DNA of 64,000 bases from an uncultured Acidobacteriota bacterium (GCA_963839295.1 CAWIUK010000013.1:67603-131602); one strand, 5' to 3'. Shown: positions 31,283 through 42,074, counted from the first letter of the stretch. Translations and numbers: made by a program. The notes: generated by a model from the letters alone, not told the origin.

Positions 31283-32916
31283 ATGAACGCCATGCCGCGC
31301 TGCCGGAAAGCCGAGACCCCGGCCGGTTCGAGCACGTCCTCGCTCGCCGTCCGCGAGACGCTGCCCCCCGACCTCCTCGCGGCGGGCGTCCGGCGGCTCG
31401 GCACCGTCGCCCTCCTGACGGCGGTGATCATGCCGGTCTTCGTCGCGGCGATGGCCCTCGCGGCCGTGGGGGCCGGACAGGCCCGCTACCCGGGGATCAT
31501 CATCCTTGGAGACGCGGCCGTCGTCGTCGCCTCGCTCGGCATGTTCGCGGTGACGCGGCGCGCGGGCCTCGACCCGGGCGAGACCCTCGACCGGGCGCTC
31601 GTCTACGAAGTTCTGGTGGGCTTTCTATGGGCATCGTCTATCACTCGATTCCCGGTCGGCCGGCGGCGCCCTGCCGAAGGGATGGTCATCCGTCGCCGTC
31701 TGGCTCCTTGCGTTCACGCTTCTCGTCCCGTCGACGCAGCGGCAAGACGGCCCTCGCGACGACCGCGACCGCGTTGATGGACCCCGTCGGACTTCTCGTC
31801 GCGATCGCGCTCGGCTATCACCCGGCGCTTCCGACGTGGCAGGTCGCGGTCGCGATGTTCCTTCCGACGTGCCGTGGCGGCGGTGATGGCGGCGGTGGGC
31901 GTCGCGCATCGTCTACCGCCTCTCGGCGCAGGCCGGGAAGGCGGAGGAGCTCGGGAGCTACCGGCTCGTCGCGCCGCTCGGCCAGGGCGGGATGGGCGAG
32001 GTCTGGCGCGCCGAGCACCGGATGCTCGCGCGCGAGGCCGCGATCAAGCTCGTCCGCCCTCGCGCGGGCGGAATCCCTCGCGACCTCGTGGCGCGCTTCG
32101 AGCGCGAGGCGAAAGCGACGGCGGGCACTGCGCTCCCCGCACACGGTCCAGCTCTACGACTTCGGCCGCTCGGACGACGGAGCGTTCTACTACGTGATGG
32201 AGCTCCTCGACGGCTACACGCTCGACCGGCTCGTCGAGCGCTACGGGACGCTCCCGCCCGAGCGCGTCGTCCACGTCCTCCGGCAGGCGTGCCGCTCGCT
32301 CGCCGAGGCCCACGCGGCGGGCCTCGTCCACCGCGACGTCAAGCCCGGGAACATCTTCCTGTGCCGTTACGGGGGCGAGTCGGACTTCGTGAAGGTCGTG
32401 GACTTCGGCCTCGTGAAGGACGTCTCCGCGAGCGGCGGGATGAACCTCACGCAGACGGGCCTCGTCGCGGGAACGCCGGCCTACATGCCGCCCGAGATGG
32501 CGCTCGGCAAGGACGTGGACGGGCGCGCCGACCTCTATTCGCTCGGCTGCGTCGGCTACTACCTGCTGACGGGTCAGCCGGTCTTCGACCGCAAGACCGC
32601 GCTCGAGACGCTCCACGACCACACGTCGACGACGCCGGTCCCGCCGTCGCAGCGCGTCGCGACGCCGGTCCCGGCCGATCTCGAAGCGGTCCTCCTCGCC
32701 TGTCTCGCGAAGGACCCGGCCGATCGGCCCGAGAGCGCGCGCGTCCTCGAGGCGCGCCTCGCGGCGACGTCCGCGGCGGGGCGCTGGTCGTCCGCGGACG
32801 CCGAGCGCTGGTGGGACCGGAACTCCCCCGCGACGGGCGGGTACCGGCCGATCCCGACGGAGCCGGACGGCACGCGCCTCGAGACGCCTGCCGACCGCGC
32901 GGCCGCGGTCTCGTGA
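31283..32916 (+). CDS. Membrane-bound Ser/Thr kinase with N-terminal TM region (several frameshifts; start 31283 or 31292)
   Basis: LGQGGMGEVW, AAIKL, RFEREA, HRDVKPGN, DFGLVK, GTPAYMPPE across frames. Confidence 0.82.
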
Positions 32917-32920
32917 CGCC

Positions 32921-33675
32921 GTGTGCGGCCGCTACTGGCTCGTGACCCCGTTCGACGTCCTCGCGTCACGCTTCCACGTGCGCGGCGAGCGGACGCCGCT
33001 CGTCCCGCGCTGGAACGCGGCGCCGGGACAGGACCTGCCCGTCGTGCGCCTCGACGCCGTGCGTCAGCGGCGCCCGGGTGCTCGAGCCCATGCGCTGGGG
33101 TCTCGTCCCGTCCTGGGCGGCCGGGCCCGAGGACGCGGGCCGGCCGATCAATGCGCGGGCCGAGACGGCCGCGACGAAGCCGACGTTCCGGGAGCCGTTC
33201 CGGCGGCGGCGCGCGCTCGTCCCGGCCGACGGGTTCTTCGAGTGGAAGAAGGGCGACCGCGGCGGAGAGGCTTTCGCGATCCGGCTCAAGTCGCGCCGGA
33301 CGTTCGCGTTCGCGGGCCTCTTCGACGAGTGGAAGCCGCGGGGCGGCCCGGTGCAGCGGACCTTCGCGATCCTGACGACGCGCCCGAACGAGCTCGTCGG
33401 CGAACTGCACGACCGGATGCCCGTCATCCTCTCGCCGGAGGGCGAGTCCCTCTGGATGGACCCGGACGAGCAGGATCCCGCGCGGCTCGCGCCGGCTGTT
33501 CGAACCACCCGACGCCGCCACGATGGAGGCGTTTCCGGTCTCCCGGCGGGTGAACACGCCCGCGCACGACGACCCGTCCGTTCTCGATCCCCCTGCGCCG
33601 GAGCCCTCGCGGCCGCTGAAGGTGCGGAAGGACCGGGCGATCGCAGCGAAGCCTCTGGGAGAATGGCGAGGATGA
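32921..33675 (+). CDS. SRAP/YedK (SOS response-associated peptidase, abasic-site crosslinking) (frameshifted)
   Basis: MCGRY (catalytic Cys2), RWNAAPGQ, MRWGLVP, INARAET, PADGFFEW, LHDRMPVIL, PVSRRVN. Confidence 0.88.
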
Positions 33676-35065
33676 CGAGGCGGACGACGCGGGCTGAGGG
33701 CGCGCGGCGAGCGCCGGCTGCCGCGCTGGTGCTCGCGGCGGCCGCGTCGGCGGGCTGCACGCTCTCCGGAGGCACGGCTGCGCCGCCGCCTGCGCCCGCG
33801 CCCACGGCCGTCGCCAAGCTCGGCAAGGAGAGGGCGGCCGCGATCGCGAACGGCTACACGGGCGGAAACCTCGACGCCCGCCGCAAGTACTGGCCCGGCG
33901 CGGCGGAGGGCTTCCAGCGCGCGTTCTCGTTCAACCCGACCGACGACGGGGCGGCGTATCTCACCGCCGTCGCGTACGCGCGCCAGGAGAACGCCCCGGC
34001 GACGCTCGAGTGGCTGAACCAGCTCTGGCGGCTGAACAGCTGCCTCTTCCCGCTCCCGAAGACGTTCGAGGGCGTGACGTCGGACCCGCGGTTCCGGGAT
34101 CTCCTCGTGGTTCTCCGCGCGCAGTTGCCGAAGACGCACCGTTCGACGGTCGCGTTCACGCTCGCCGCGGGCGACCTCCTGCCGGGCGACCTCGCGTGGG
34201 ACGCGGCCGGAAAGGTCTTCTACGTCGCGAGCCTGAGAAAGCGGAAGATCGTCCGCGTGAAGCCGGGCGCGCCCGGCGCGCCTGCCCTGGCCGACGATTT
34301 CGCCGGCTCCGGCGCGGAGCCCCTCGACGCCGTGCTGGGCGTGAAGGTGGACGCGGCGCGCCGTCGCCTCTGGGCCGTGACCGCCGCGGACCCCGCGATG
34401 GAGGGCGCCCGCCCGGACGACGCCGGGCGCTCGCAGCTCGTCGCGTTCGACCTCGCGACCGGCGCAGTCCTCGGCCGCTTCACGCCGGCGACGAGGCCGC
34501 CTCACCAGTTCGGCGGCCTCGCGGTGGGCGGCGACGGGAGCGTCTGGGTGACGGACACGGTCTCGGGCGAGGTCCAGGTCCTCCGTCGAGGGAGCGGCCG
34601 AACTCTCGGTCGTCGCGCCGGCGGGGACGTTCATCGCGCCGAAGGGGATCGCGGTCTCGCCCGACGGCGCGCGCGTCTGGGTCGCGGACCTCGCGCGCGG
34701 CGTCTACCGCCTCGACCCGGCGACCGGAGCCCCGTCCCTCCTCGACCAGCCTCCCGGGCCGTGGCCGGCGGGCGTCGACGGGCTCGTGCTCCATCGCAAC
34801 GCCCTCGTCGGCGTCGAGGGCACCGTGAGCTTCGGGCGCGTCGTCCGCTGGACGCTCGAGCCCGACGGGAATTCCTTCTCGGGCGGTCGATGTCCTCGAC
34901 TGCGCCCACCCGTCCTACCGGGTGCCCGTCGGCGGGACGCTCCAGGGCGACGACTACGTCTACGTGGCGAACGGCCAGCTCGACGCGCTCGGCGCCGACG
35001 GCGCCCTGCCGCCCGGGGAGAAGCTCGACGACCTCGTGTTCCTGCGCCTGCCGCTCGGGCGCTGA
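33672..35065 (+). CDS. Lipoprotein with N-terminal helical repeat and SMP-30/gluconolactonase-like propeller (frameshifted)
   Basis: Lipobox SAGC; DLAWD...FYVASLRKRKIV, LGVKVD..RRRLW, VWVTDT, GIAVSPDG, GVDGL. Confidence 0.7.
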
Positions 35066-35125
35066 CGCGGCGCGCCAACGCGGCGTGCGCCGAACCCGGA
35101 AGCGCGATCGTTGTATTGTCCGCCG

Positions 35126-36160
35126 ATGAAGCGATTGATAAAGGGTCTCGTTCTCGTCGTGTGCGTCCTCGCCGTTCTCGCGGGGGCGGGGATCGCGGTC
35201 CTCGCGGTGAAGAAGCCGGCCCAGCGGCCCGCGTCCTCCGAGAAGATCGAAGCGACGCCGGCGCGGCTGGCGCGCGGGGAGTACCTCGCGATGCACGTCG
35301 TGGACTGCCTCCTCTGCCACTCGGAAGCGAGGTTCGATCGCTACGGGCTGCCGCGCGTCCCCGGCACGGAGGGGAAGGGCGGGTTCGCGTTCACGAAGGA
35401 GTTCGGGATCCCCGGCGTCCTCTACGCCCGCAACATCACGCCCGACCCCGAGACCGGCCTCGGAAAGTGGACGGACGGCGAAATCCTCCGCGCGATCCGC
35501 GAGGGCGTCGACCGCGACGGCAACACGCTCTTTCCGATGATGCCGTACCCCGCGTACCACGAGATGAGCGACGAGGACGCGCGCGCGATCGTCCTGTACC
35601 TGCGGGCGCTCCCCCCGATCCGCAATGCGGTGCCGGCGAAGAAGATCGACTTCCCGGTGAACCTGCTCGTGAAGGGCGCGCCGAAGCCGGTGACCGGGCC
35701 GGTCGTCGCGCCGGACCCGAAGACGGACCACGTCGGATACGGGCGGTACCTCACGGTCATCGGAGGCTGCGTCGGCTGTCACACCCCCGAGACCCGTCCC
35801 GGCTCGCCGATCCCCGGGCGCGAGTACACCGGGGGAAGGATGTTCAAGGGCCCGTGGGGCCGCAACGTGACGCCAAACCTGACGCCACACAAGGACGCGT
35901 ACCTCGGCCGCGCGACGAAGGAGGAGTTCATCGGGCGCTTCCGATCCTTCGCGAGCCTGACGGGCGACGCGGCGCCGGTCGCGTCGAAGGGGCGCAACAC
36001 GCTCATGCCGTGGCTCGCCCTGTCCGGGGCGACGGACGAGGACCTCGGGGCGATCTACGACTTCCTGAAAACGCTGCCGCCGTTCGAGAACAAGGTCAAC
36101 CCGTTTCCCGACGCGCCGGAGCCGGAGCCCGAGGCCCCCGCGAAGACGGCTGGAATGTGA
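35126..36160 (+). CDS. Membrane-anchored diheme cytochrome c
   Basis: N-terminal TM; CLLCH and CVGCH heme motifs; RGEYL, NITPD.ETGLG.W, PMMPY. Confidence 0.9.
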   Translation: MKRLIKGLVLVVCVLAVLAGAGIAVLAVKKPAQRPASSEKIEATPARLARGEYLAMHVVDCLLCHSEARFDRYGLPRVPGTEGKGGFAFTKEFGIPGVLYARNITPDPETGLGKWTDGEILRAIREGVDRDGNTLFPMMPYPAYHEMSDEDARAIVLYLRALPPIRNAVPAKKIDFPVNLLVKGAPKPVTGPVVAPDPKTDHVGYGRYLTVIGGCVGCHTPETRPGSPIPGREYTGGRMFKGPWGRNVTPNLTPHKDAYLGRATKEEFIGRFRSFASLTGDAAPVASKGRNTLMPWLALSGATDEDLGAIYDFLKTLPPFENKVNPFPDAPEPEPEAPAKTAGM

Positions 36161-36170
36161 CGCGGTCGGC

Positions 36171-37188
36171 TCAGTCCCCGTCCTGGAACCTCCCGATCGG
36201 CGGGACGTCGGCAGGAGCTGCTTCGCCGCGGCGGGCGAGGAGGTGCGCGACGATCCGCACCGCGTGCACGCGGCCGTTCTCGATGAACAGGCGGCCGATG
36301 TGGCGGCCCGCCGCGACGACGCCGGCGACGTAGAGGCCCGGGACGTCCGTCTCCATCGTCCCGGGATCGTGGACGACCTCGAGGTCCTGCGGTGATCCCG
36401 ATCCCGAACCTCCGGAGCATCGGGAAGTCCGGCCGGTAGCCGGTGAGGGCGTAGACGAAGTCGTTCGGGTACGACGCGGTCCCGCCGGCGGCGCGGAGCG
36501 TGACGGCGCCTTCCTCGATGCGGTCGACCGTCGTGTCGAAGAAGGCGCGGATCGAACCTTCCTTCACGCGGTTCTCGACGTCGGGCCTGAGCCAGTACTT
36601 CACGCTCGAGCCGAAGCCCGGCCCGCGGATCGCCATCGTGACGCGCGCGCCGTGCCGGTGGAGGTCGAGCGCGGCCTCGACCGCGGAGTTCTTCCCGCCC
36701 ACGACGAGGACGTCCGTTCCCGCGTGCGCGTACGGCTCGCGGTAGTAATGCGAGACCTTCGGGAGCTCCTCGCCGGGGACGCCGAGGAGGTTCGGCGTGT
36801 CGAAAAAGCCGGTCGCGACGACGGCGGCGCGCGCGGAGAAGGCCCCGGCCGGCGTCGCGGCGACGAAGAGGCCGCCCTCCTTCGCGAGCGACTCGACTCT
36901 CGTCGCGAGGCGGACGTCGAGCCCCTCGCGCGCGGCGACCTTCCGGTAGTAGTCGAGGCCCTCCCGGCGCGTGGGCTTGGGCCCCGCGGCGACGAACGGG
37001 TGGCCGCCGATCTCGAGGAGCTCGGGCGTCGAGAAGAAGACGACGTGCGTCGGCCAGTTCACGAGCGTGTTGAGGAGCGCTCCCTTTTCGAGGACGACGT
37101 GCGTGAGACCCCGGCGCGAGGCTTCGAGCGCGCACGCGAGGCCGACGGGGCCGGCGCCGACGACGAGGAGGTCCACGGGAGCGTTCAC
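36171..37188 (-). CDS. ypdA: YpdA family putative bacillithiol disulfide reductase (one frameshift at ~36385)
   Basis: [58 protein letters not shown]. Confidence 0.87.
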
Positions 37189-37219
37189 CAGGGGGAGCAT
37201 ACGGGAGGAGAATCGGCGC

Positions 37220-38245
37220 GTGCGGCGCGCCGCGTGCCTCGCGCTCGTCCTCCCGCTGGCCCTCGCGGCCGACGAGAAGCCCGCGGCGCGAATCGTGAGG
37301 GCGGAGCACGTCGTGCGCCTCGTCGTGGACGCATACGTCACGGACGCGAAGGGCGATCCGGTCCCGGACCTCCTCCCGTCCAACTTCGTCGTGAAGGCGG
37401 ACGGCAGGGTGCTCGAGGTCGAGTCCGCGGAATTCGTCGCCGCAGGGGCGCCCGAAGGCCCGACGGCGCCTCCCGCGCCGCCCCCGGGTGAGGCGGCCCT
37501 GGCGCCCGCGCCGCCCGCGTACCCGCCGGGCCGGCTCATCGTCCTCTTCCTCGAGGGCGACATCGGCCGCCAGAGGACGAAGGGCCTCATGCGCGTGAGG
37601 CAGGAGATGTTCCGGCTGCTCGACCGCCTCCAGCCGGCGGACCGCGTCGCCGTCGTGCGCTTCGTCTCGCACCTCACGGTCCTCTGTGATTTCACGGGCG
37701 ACCGGGCGGTCCTCGACGACGCGCTCCGGCTGGGGCTCGGCTCGAGCGGGGACCGGGACGTGAAGATCTCGCCCGCCCCGTCCCTCGCCGCGAACCTCGA
37801 TTTCGGCGAGGCGCGCCGCGCCGCGCACGTCGAGCGCGCGCTCGAGCTCGTCGCGTCCGCCCTCGCGCCGATTCCGGGCGCGAAGGCGGTCGTCTTCGCG
37901 GGCTGGGGGTTCTTCGCGAACGGCGCGCCCGTCGAGGGCGACCTCTACGACCGCGCTCTCCTCGCTCTCATGCGCGCCCGGGCGAACGTCTTCACGCTCG
38001 ACACGTCGGACGCGGACGCACACACGCTGGAGACGACGCTCCGGACGGCGTCGCTCGTGACGGGCGGGACGTACGCGAAGACGAACGTCTTCGCCGGCCA
38101 GGCGGTGGACCGCGTCGCGCGGGCCCTCGCGGGGCGGTGGGTTCTCGTGTGCGTCGCCGAAGACACCGCGCCGCGCGTCCTCGACGTCGCGCTCGCCGGA
38201 CGGCGCGGAGACGTCGTCGCGCGGGCGTACACTTCCGCCCCATGA
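37220..38245 (+). CDS. Secreted VWA-domain protein (Acidobacterial VWFA-related type)
   Basis: Signal peptide; V.VTD.KG.PV.DL..F.V, DRVAVV, DFT.DR, PG.KAVV, TGG. Confidence 0.75.
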   Translation: MRRAACLALVLPLALAADEKPAARIVRAEHVVRLVVDAYVTDAKGDPVPDLLPSNFVVKADGRVLEVESAEFVAAGAPEGPTAPPAPPPGEAALAPAPPAYPPGRLIVLFLEGDIGRQRTKGLMRVRQEMFRLLDRLQPADRVAVVRFVSHLTVLCDFTGDRAVLDDALRLGLGSSGDRDVKISPAPSLAANLDFGEARRAAHVERALELVASALAPIPGAKAVVFAGWGFFANGAPVEGDLYDRALLALMRARANVFTLDTSDADAHTLETTLRTASLVTGGTYAKTNVFAGQAVDRVARALAGRWVLVCVAEDTAPRVLDVALAGRRGDVVARAYTSAP

Positions 38246-38841
38246 TGAGAGCCCGCGAAGCGGCTCTGGCCGCCCTCGTCCTCGCCGCCGTTTCCTCCGC
38301 CTGCTCCTCCGCTCCTCCCGCCGCGACGGCCGCCGGCGCGTCGACGAAGCGCCTCGTCCTCGTCGAGGCGAAGGGCCCGGGACCCGAGCTCGACCGCTTC
38401 GTCCCGCACTTCCTGTCGGCCGCGAGCGACCGGGGCCTCGGCGCGGTCGTGGACGCCCGGCTGTCCGGCGCGCACCTCGCGGACGTCGGCGCGGTCGGCG
38501 AGGCGTCCGCCGCGTTCCGCAAGGAGTATCCGGGCGACGTCTACCTCGGCGTCATGCTCGCCCCGTGCCGGATCAACCGCCACGAGGGCCACGTCTACGA
38601 CCGCCAGATCAACACGGGCGGCGTGCCCCAGCGCGTCGAGAACGTCGTCGTGAACTACGACGCGGACTGCACGGCCGCGGTCACGGTCGTCGGCGAGGCC
38701 GGGGCCGCCGTGAGGACGTTCGACGTCTCGGGCCGGAACGGGACCGCAGAGGTGAGCGCGACGGACACGGAAGCCGAGGGGCAGGCCGCGGAGGACGCGG
38801 CGGACCGTGCCGCGAAGAAGCTCGCCTCCCTCCTGCGCTGA
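38242..38841 (+). CDS. Hypothetical lipoprotein
   Basis: Lipobox VSSAC; ATGA overlap with the VWA gene. Confidence 0.7.
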   Translation: MMRAREAALAALVLAAVSSACSSAPPAATAAGASTKRLVLVEAKGPGPELDRFVPHFLSAASDRGLGAVVDARLSGAHLADVGAVGEASAAFRKEYPGDVYLGVMLAPCRINRHEGHVYDRQINTGGVPQRVENVVVNYDADCTAAVTVVGEAGAAVRTFDVSGRNGTAEVSATDTEAEGQAAEDAADRAAKKLASLLR

Positions 38842-38848
38842 GCCGGCC

Positions 38849-39247
38849 GTGGCGCGGCCGCGCTCCCGCGGCGTGTTCCTTCTCGAGGCGCTCGTGTCGC
38901 TCGCGATCCTCGGGATCGTCCTGACGTTCGGCGCGAGCTTCCTCGCGCGCCGGCGCGCGCTCGAGGCCGACCGGCGCGACCGGGACCGCGCGGCGCGGGC
39001 GCTCGCGAGCGAATGGATCTACCTCCGGACGTCGTTCCGGGGAGACCTCTTCCCGAAGGACAAGAGGCCGTTCGCGGGCCCCGGCGTCTTCGTGGACGCG
39101 CTCGACGCGCGGAGCCCCGTCCTGAGCGTGCGGTCGACGGACGTCGACGGGCTGTACCGGATCACGCTCGACGTGGGCTACGGCAAGGACGCGAAGAGGC
39201 GCCTCGTCCAGGAGGGGTTCGTCTTCCGCGGGGTGTTGCCGCCGTGA
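38849..39247 (+). CDS. Prepilin-type protein (PilV/GspI-like)
   Basis: Basic leader, then G|VFLLE followed by a hydrophobic helix. Confidence 0.7.
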   Translation: MARPRSRGVFLLEALVSLAILGIVLTFGASFLARRRALEADRRDRDRAARALASEWIYLRTSFRGDLFPKDKRPFAGPGVFVDALDARSPVLSVRSTDVDGLYRITLDVGYGKDAKRRLVQEGFVFRGVLPP

Positions 39248-39735
39248 CGCGCCGCGGCTTCTCGCTCGTCGAGATGTGCGTCGTCGTCATGATCGGCGTC
39301 GTCCTTCTCTTTGCCCTCCTCCCGGTCGCGATGGGTCTCCTGCGCCAGCAGGCGGGCCTGAACGCGCGCGCGCTCGGGATCGAAACGTGGCCGCTCCTCG
39401 TCGACCGACTGGGCGCCGACGCGGGGCGCGCCTCCGGTGCGCTCGTCTCGCCTCCGTTCCCGGCCGCGGCCTTCCGGCTGCACCTGCCGCCGGATCGCGA
39501 CGAGGACCCGGACGTGACGTGGACGTTCGGGGACGGCAGGGCCGAGCGGACGACCGGGCGCAGGAAGGCCGACGGCGAGGTCGTGACGGCGACCACGACG
39601 TGGGACCTGCCCGGGACGCTCGCGCTCGACGCCGGCGAACTCGCGGAGGGCCGGCTCCTCCTCGCGTGGGACGACGGGTCGGGCCCGGAGTTCGTCGCGC
39701 TCGCCTGCGGCCGACCCACGGAGACCGCGCGATGA
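39244..39735 (+). CDS. Prepilin-type protein (PilW/GspJ-like)
   Basis: MTRRG|FSLVE class III signal; GTGA overlap. Confidence 0.78.
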   Translation: MTRRGFSLVEMCVVVMIGVVLLFALLPVAMGLLRQQAGLNARALGIETWPLLVDRLGADAGRASGALVSPPFPAAAFRLHLPPDRDEDPDVTWTFGDGRAERTTGRRKADGEVVTATTTWDLPGTLALDAGELAEGRLLLAWDDGSGPEFVALACGRPTETAR

Positions 39736-40103
39736 GGCGGCGTGAGCGCGGCAGCTCCCTCCTCCTCGTCCTCGGCATCCTGACCGTGTTCGGCCTCGTC
39801 CTCGGAGTCCTCGCGACCGTTCTCCTCACGGACCTCGCGTCCTCGCGCCGCCGCGCCAACGCGCAGTACGCGTCCGAGCTCGCGCGGTCGGGAACGGACT
39901 GGGCGCGCGGGGCGCTCCTCGCGCGGGGCGGCCTGCCGTCCGCGACGCTGCGCCTCACGGGCGGCGAGATCGCGGTCGCGACCGAGGAGCTGCCGGACGG
40001 ACGGCTGCGCGTCCTCTCGACGGGCCGCGTCCGCGAGGGCGACGCGACGCTCGCGGCCCGGCGGGAGGTCACCGTCTTCGCGGCCTCCGAGCGGAGGCGC
40101 TGA
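39732..40103 (+). CDS. Prepilin-like protein (PilX/GspK-like)
   Basis: RRERG|SSLLLVL lacking Glu+5; A..LA.SG..WA motif; ATGA overlap. Confidence 0.7.
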   Translation: MRRRERGSSLLLVLGILTVFGLVLGVLATVLLTDLASSRRRANAQYASELARSGTDWARGALLARGGLPSATLRLTGGEIAVATEELPDGRLRVLSTGRVREGDATLAARREVTVFAASERRR

Positions 40104-40104
40104 G

Positions 40105-40896
40105 ATGTGCCTGATCGTCGTCGCGTGGCAGGCATCGCCGGCCGTGCGCCTCGCGGTCGCCGCGAACCGGGACGAGTTCTTCGCGCGCGAGACCGTCCCG
40201 GCGGCTTTCTGGGCGGATGCGCCGGACGTCCTCGCGGGACGGGACCTTCGGGCCGGAGGAACGTGGCTCGGCGTCACGCGGACGGGCCGGTTCGCGGCCC
40301 TCACGAACTTCCGCGACCTGACGGCGGCGCGAAAGAGCGGCGCCCCGTCTCGGGGCACGCTGGTCGGGGATTTTCTCAGAAGGAAAGAGAGCGCGGCGGA
40401 CTACGTCTCGCGCATCCTTCCGAATGCGAATTCCTTCGAGGGATTCAATCTCCTCGTCTCGGATGGAACAGACCTCTTGTCCTATTCCAACGTCGAGGGC
40501 GGCGCGGTCTCTCTTCCCCCGGGCGTCTACGGCCTCTCGAATCACCTCCTCGAAACGCCGTGGCCGAAGGTCGTCGCGGCGCGGGAACGGCTCGCAGCGG
40601 GCGTCGCGACCGCGCGAGGCCCGCGGGACCTCGAGGACGGCCTTCTTTTCCTTCTAGGAAATCGGACCGCGGCACCCGACGACGCCCTGCCGGAAACGGG
40701 TCTCCCTCTCGAATGGGAGCGCTCTCTCTCGGCCGCCTTCGTCGTCCTCCCGGACTACGGAACCCGTGCGTCCACGACCTTCGTCCTTTCATCCGACGGC
40801 GCAGCGCGCTTCACGGAACGAAGCTTCGGCGCGGGCGGCGCGTTTCTCGGCGAGGTGCGCGAGGCGTTCGGGGTCAGCGGGACGACGAGAGCGTGA
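40105..40896 (+). CDS. NRDE/TANGO2 family protein
   Basis: MCLI, AANRDEF, GGTWLG, SRG.LV, GFNL, GLSN, YGTRAST. Confidence 0.93.
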   Translation: MCLIVVAWQASPAVRLAVAANRDEFFARETVPAAFWADAPDVLAGRDLRAGGTWLGVTRTGRFAALTNFRDLTAARKSGAPSRGTLVGDFLRRKESAADYVSRILPNANSFEGFNLLVSDGTDLLSYSNVEGGAVSLPPGVYGLSNHLLETPWPKVVAARERLAAGVATARGPRDLEDGLLFLLGNRTAAPDDALPETGLPLEWERSLSAAFVVLPDYGTRASTTFVLSSDGAARFTERSFGAGGAFLGEVREAFGVSGTTRA

Positions 40897-42055
40897 CGTC
40901 GACGGTCATCTCGCGGTCGTCGCGCAGGATCCGCACGGGCACGGTGTCGCCGATCTTCTGCTTCTCGAGCGCGGTGACGAGGTCGTCGTAGGTCGCGACC
41001 TTCTTCCCCGAGACGCCGACGATGATGTCGCCGAGGACCACCGAGCCGTCCGCGCCACGCCGCGTGGGTCTGAGGCCCGCCTTCTCGGCGCCCGTGCCTT
41101 GCTGAACGACCATGACGAGCACGCCCGAGACGCCGAGCCGCCGAAGGAAGCCCTCCTGCGCCGGCGAGATCCCGAGCCGCGGACGGATGACGCGGCCGTG
41201 CGCGATGAGCTGCGGGACGACCTCGTTCACGGTGTCGACGGGGACCGCGAAGCCGATCCCCGCGCTCGCGCCCGACGGGCTCGCGATCTGCGTGTTGACG
41301 CCGATGAGCCGGCCCGCGCTGTCGAGGAGCGGCCCACCGGAGTTCCCTGGGTTGATCGCCGCGTCCGTCTGGACGACGTTCTGGATCTTCCGGCCGTTGA
41401 CGGCGTCGATCGTCCTTCCGAGCGCGCTCACGATCCCGGTCGTGAGCGTCTCGTCGAGGCCGAACGGGTTCCCGATCGCGAAGACCTTCTGGCCCACCTT
41501 GAGGTCGCGGCTCGTCCCGACGAGGATCGGCGGGAGCTTCGCCTCCGGCGCGCCGATCCGCAGGACGGCGAGGTCCTTGTCGGGCTCGACGCCGACGACC
41601 GCCGCCTTCCAGTCGGACTGGTCCGCGAGCGTGACGACGAGGGACTCGGCGTCCAGGATGACGTGGTAGTTCGTGACGATGTGCCCCTTCCGGTCCCAGA
41701 CGAAGCCCGAGCCCGCGCCCTGCGGGACCTCCGTCACCTCGAAGAAGTTCACGGGGCGGCGCGCGAGGCTCGTGATGTAGACGACGGACGGGCTGCAGCG
41801 CTCGAAGAGCTCGATCGTGGACTTCTCGTCCGCCGCGAGGTCGCCGCGCGCCGTGACGGGCCGGGGCTCGGCGGCGGCACCCTTCAGGCGGCCCGGCGCG
41901 GGCGCGACGCGCGCGCCGCCCGGCGCGCGCTCCATGAGGTTGAAGACGAGCCACCCCGCGAGGAGCCCGAGCAGGACCGGCAGGAAGATCGGGCCGCCCC
42001 GCCGCCGCGGAGGCGGCGGCGGGTACCCGTACGCGGGAGGAGGAAGGCTCGACAC
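40874..42055 (-). CDS. HtrA/DegQ-like trypsin serine protease with one PDZ domain
   Basis: GSGFVWD, VTNYHV, DLAVL, AIGNPFGL, QTDAAINPGNSGGPL, GDII. Confidence 0.93.
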   Translation of the reverse strand: MSSLPPPAYGYPPPPPRRRGGPIFLPVLLGLLAGWLVFNLMERAPGGARVAPAPGRLKGAAAEPRPVTARGDLAADEKSTIELFERCSPSVVYITSLARRPVNFFEVTEVPQGAGSGFVWDRKGHIVTNYHVILDAESLVVTLADQSDWKAAVVGVEPDKDLAVLRIGAPEAKLPPILVGTSRDLKVGQKVFAIGNPFGLDETLTTGIVSALGRTIDAVNGRKIQNVVQTDAAINPGNSGGPLLDSAGRLIGVNTQIASPSGASAGIGFAVPVDTVNEVVPQLIAHGRVIRPRLGISPAQEGFLRRLGVSGVLVMVVQQGTGAEKAGLRPTRRGADGSVVLGDIIVGVSGKKVATYDDLVTALEKQKIGDTVPVRILRDDREMTVDVTLSSSR

Positions 42056-42074
42056 GGCGCCGCGGCCCGGCGCG

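Noticed and set aside
33078-35129. Apparent SRAP–beta-propeller fusion (683 aa)
   Set aside because: Artefact of a frameshift near 33495. The second part has its own ATG (33672) and lipoprotein signal.
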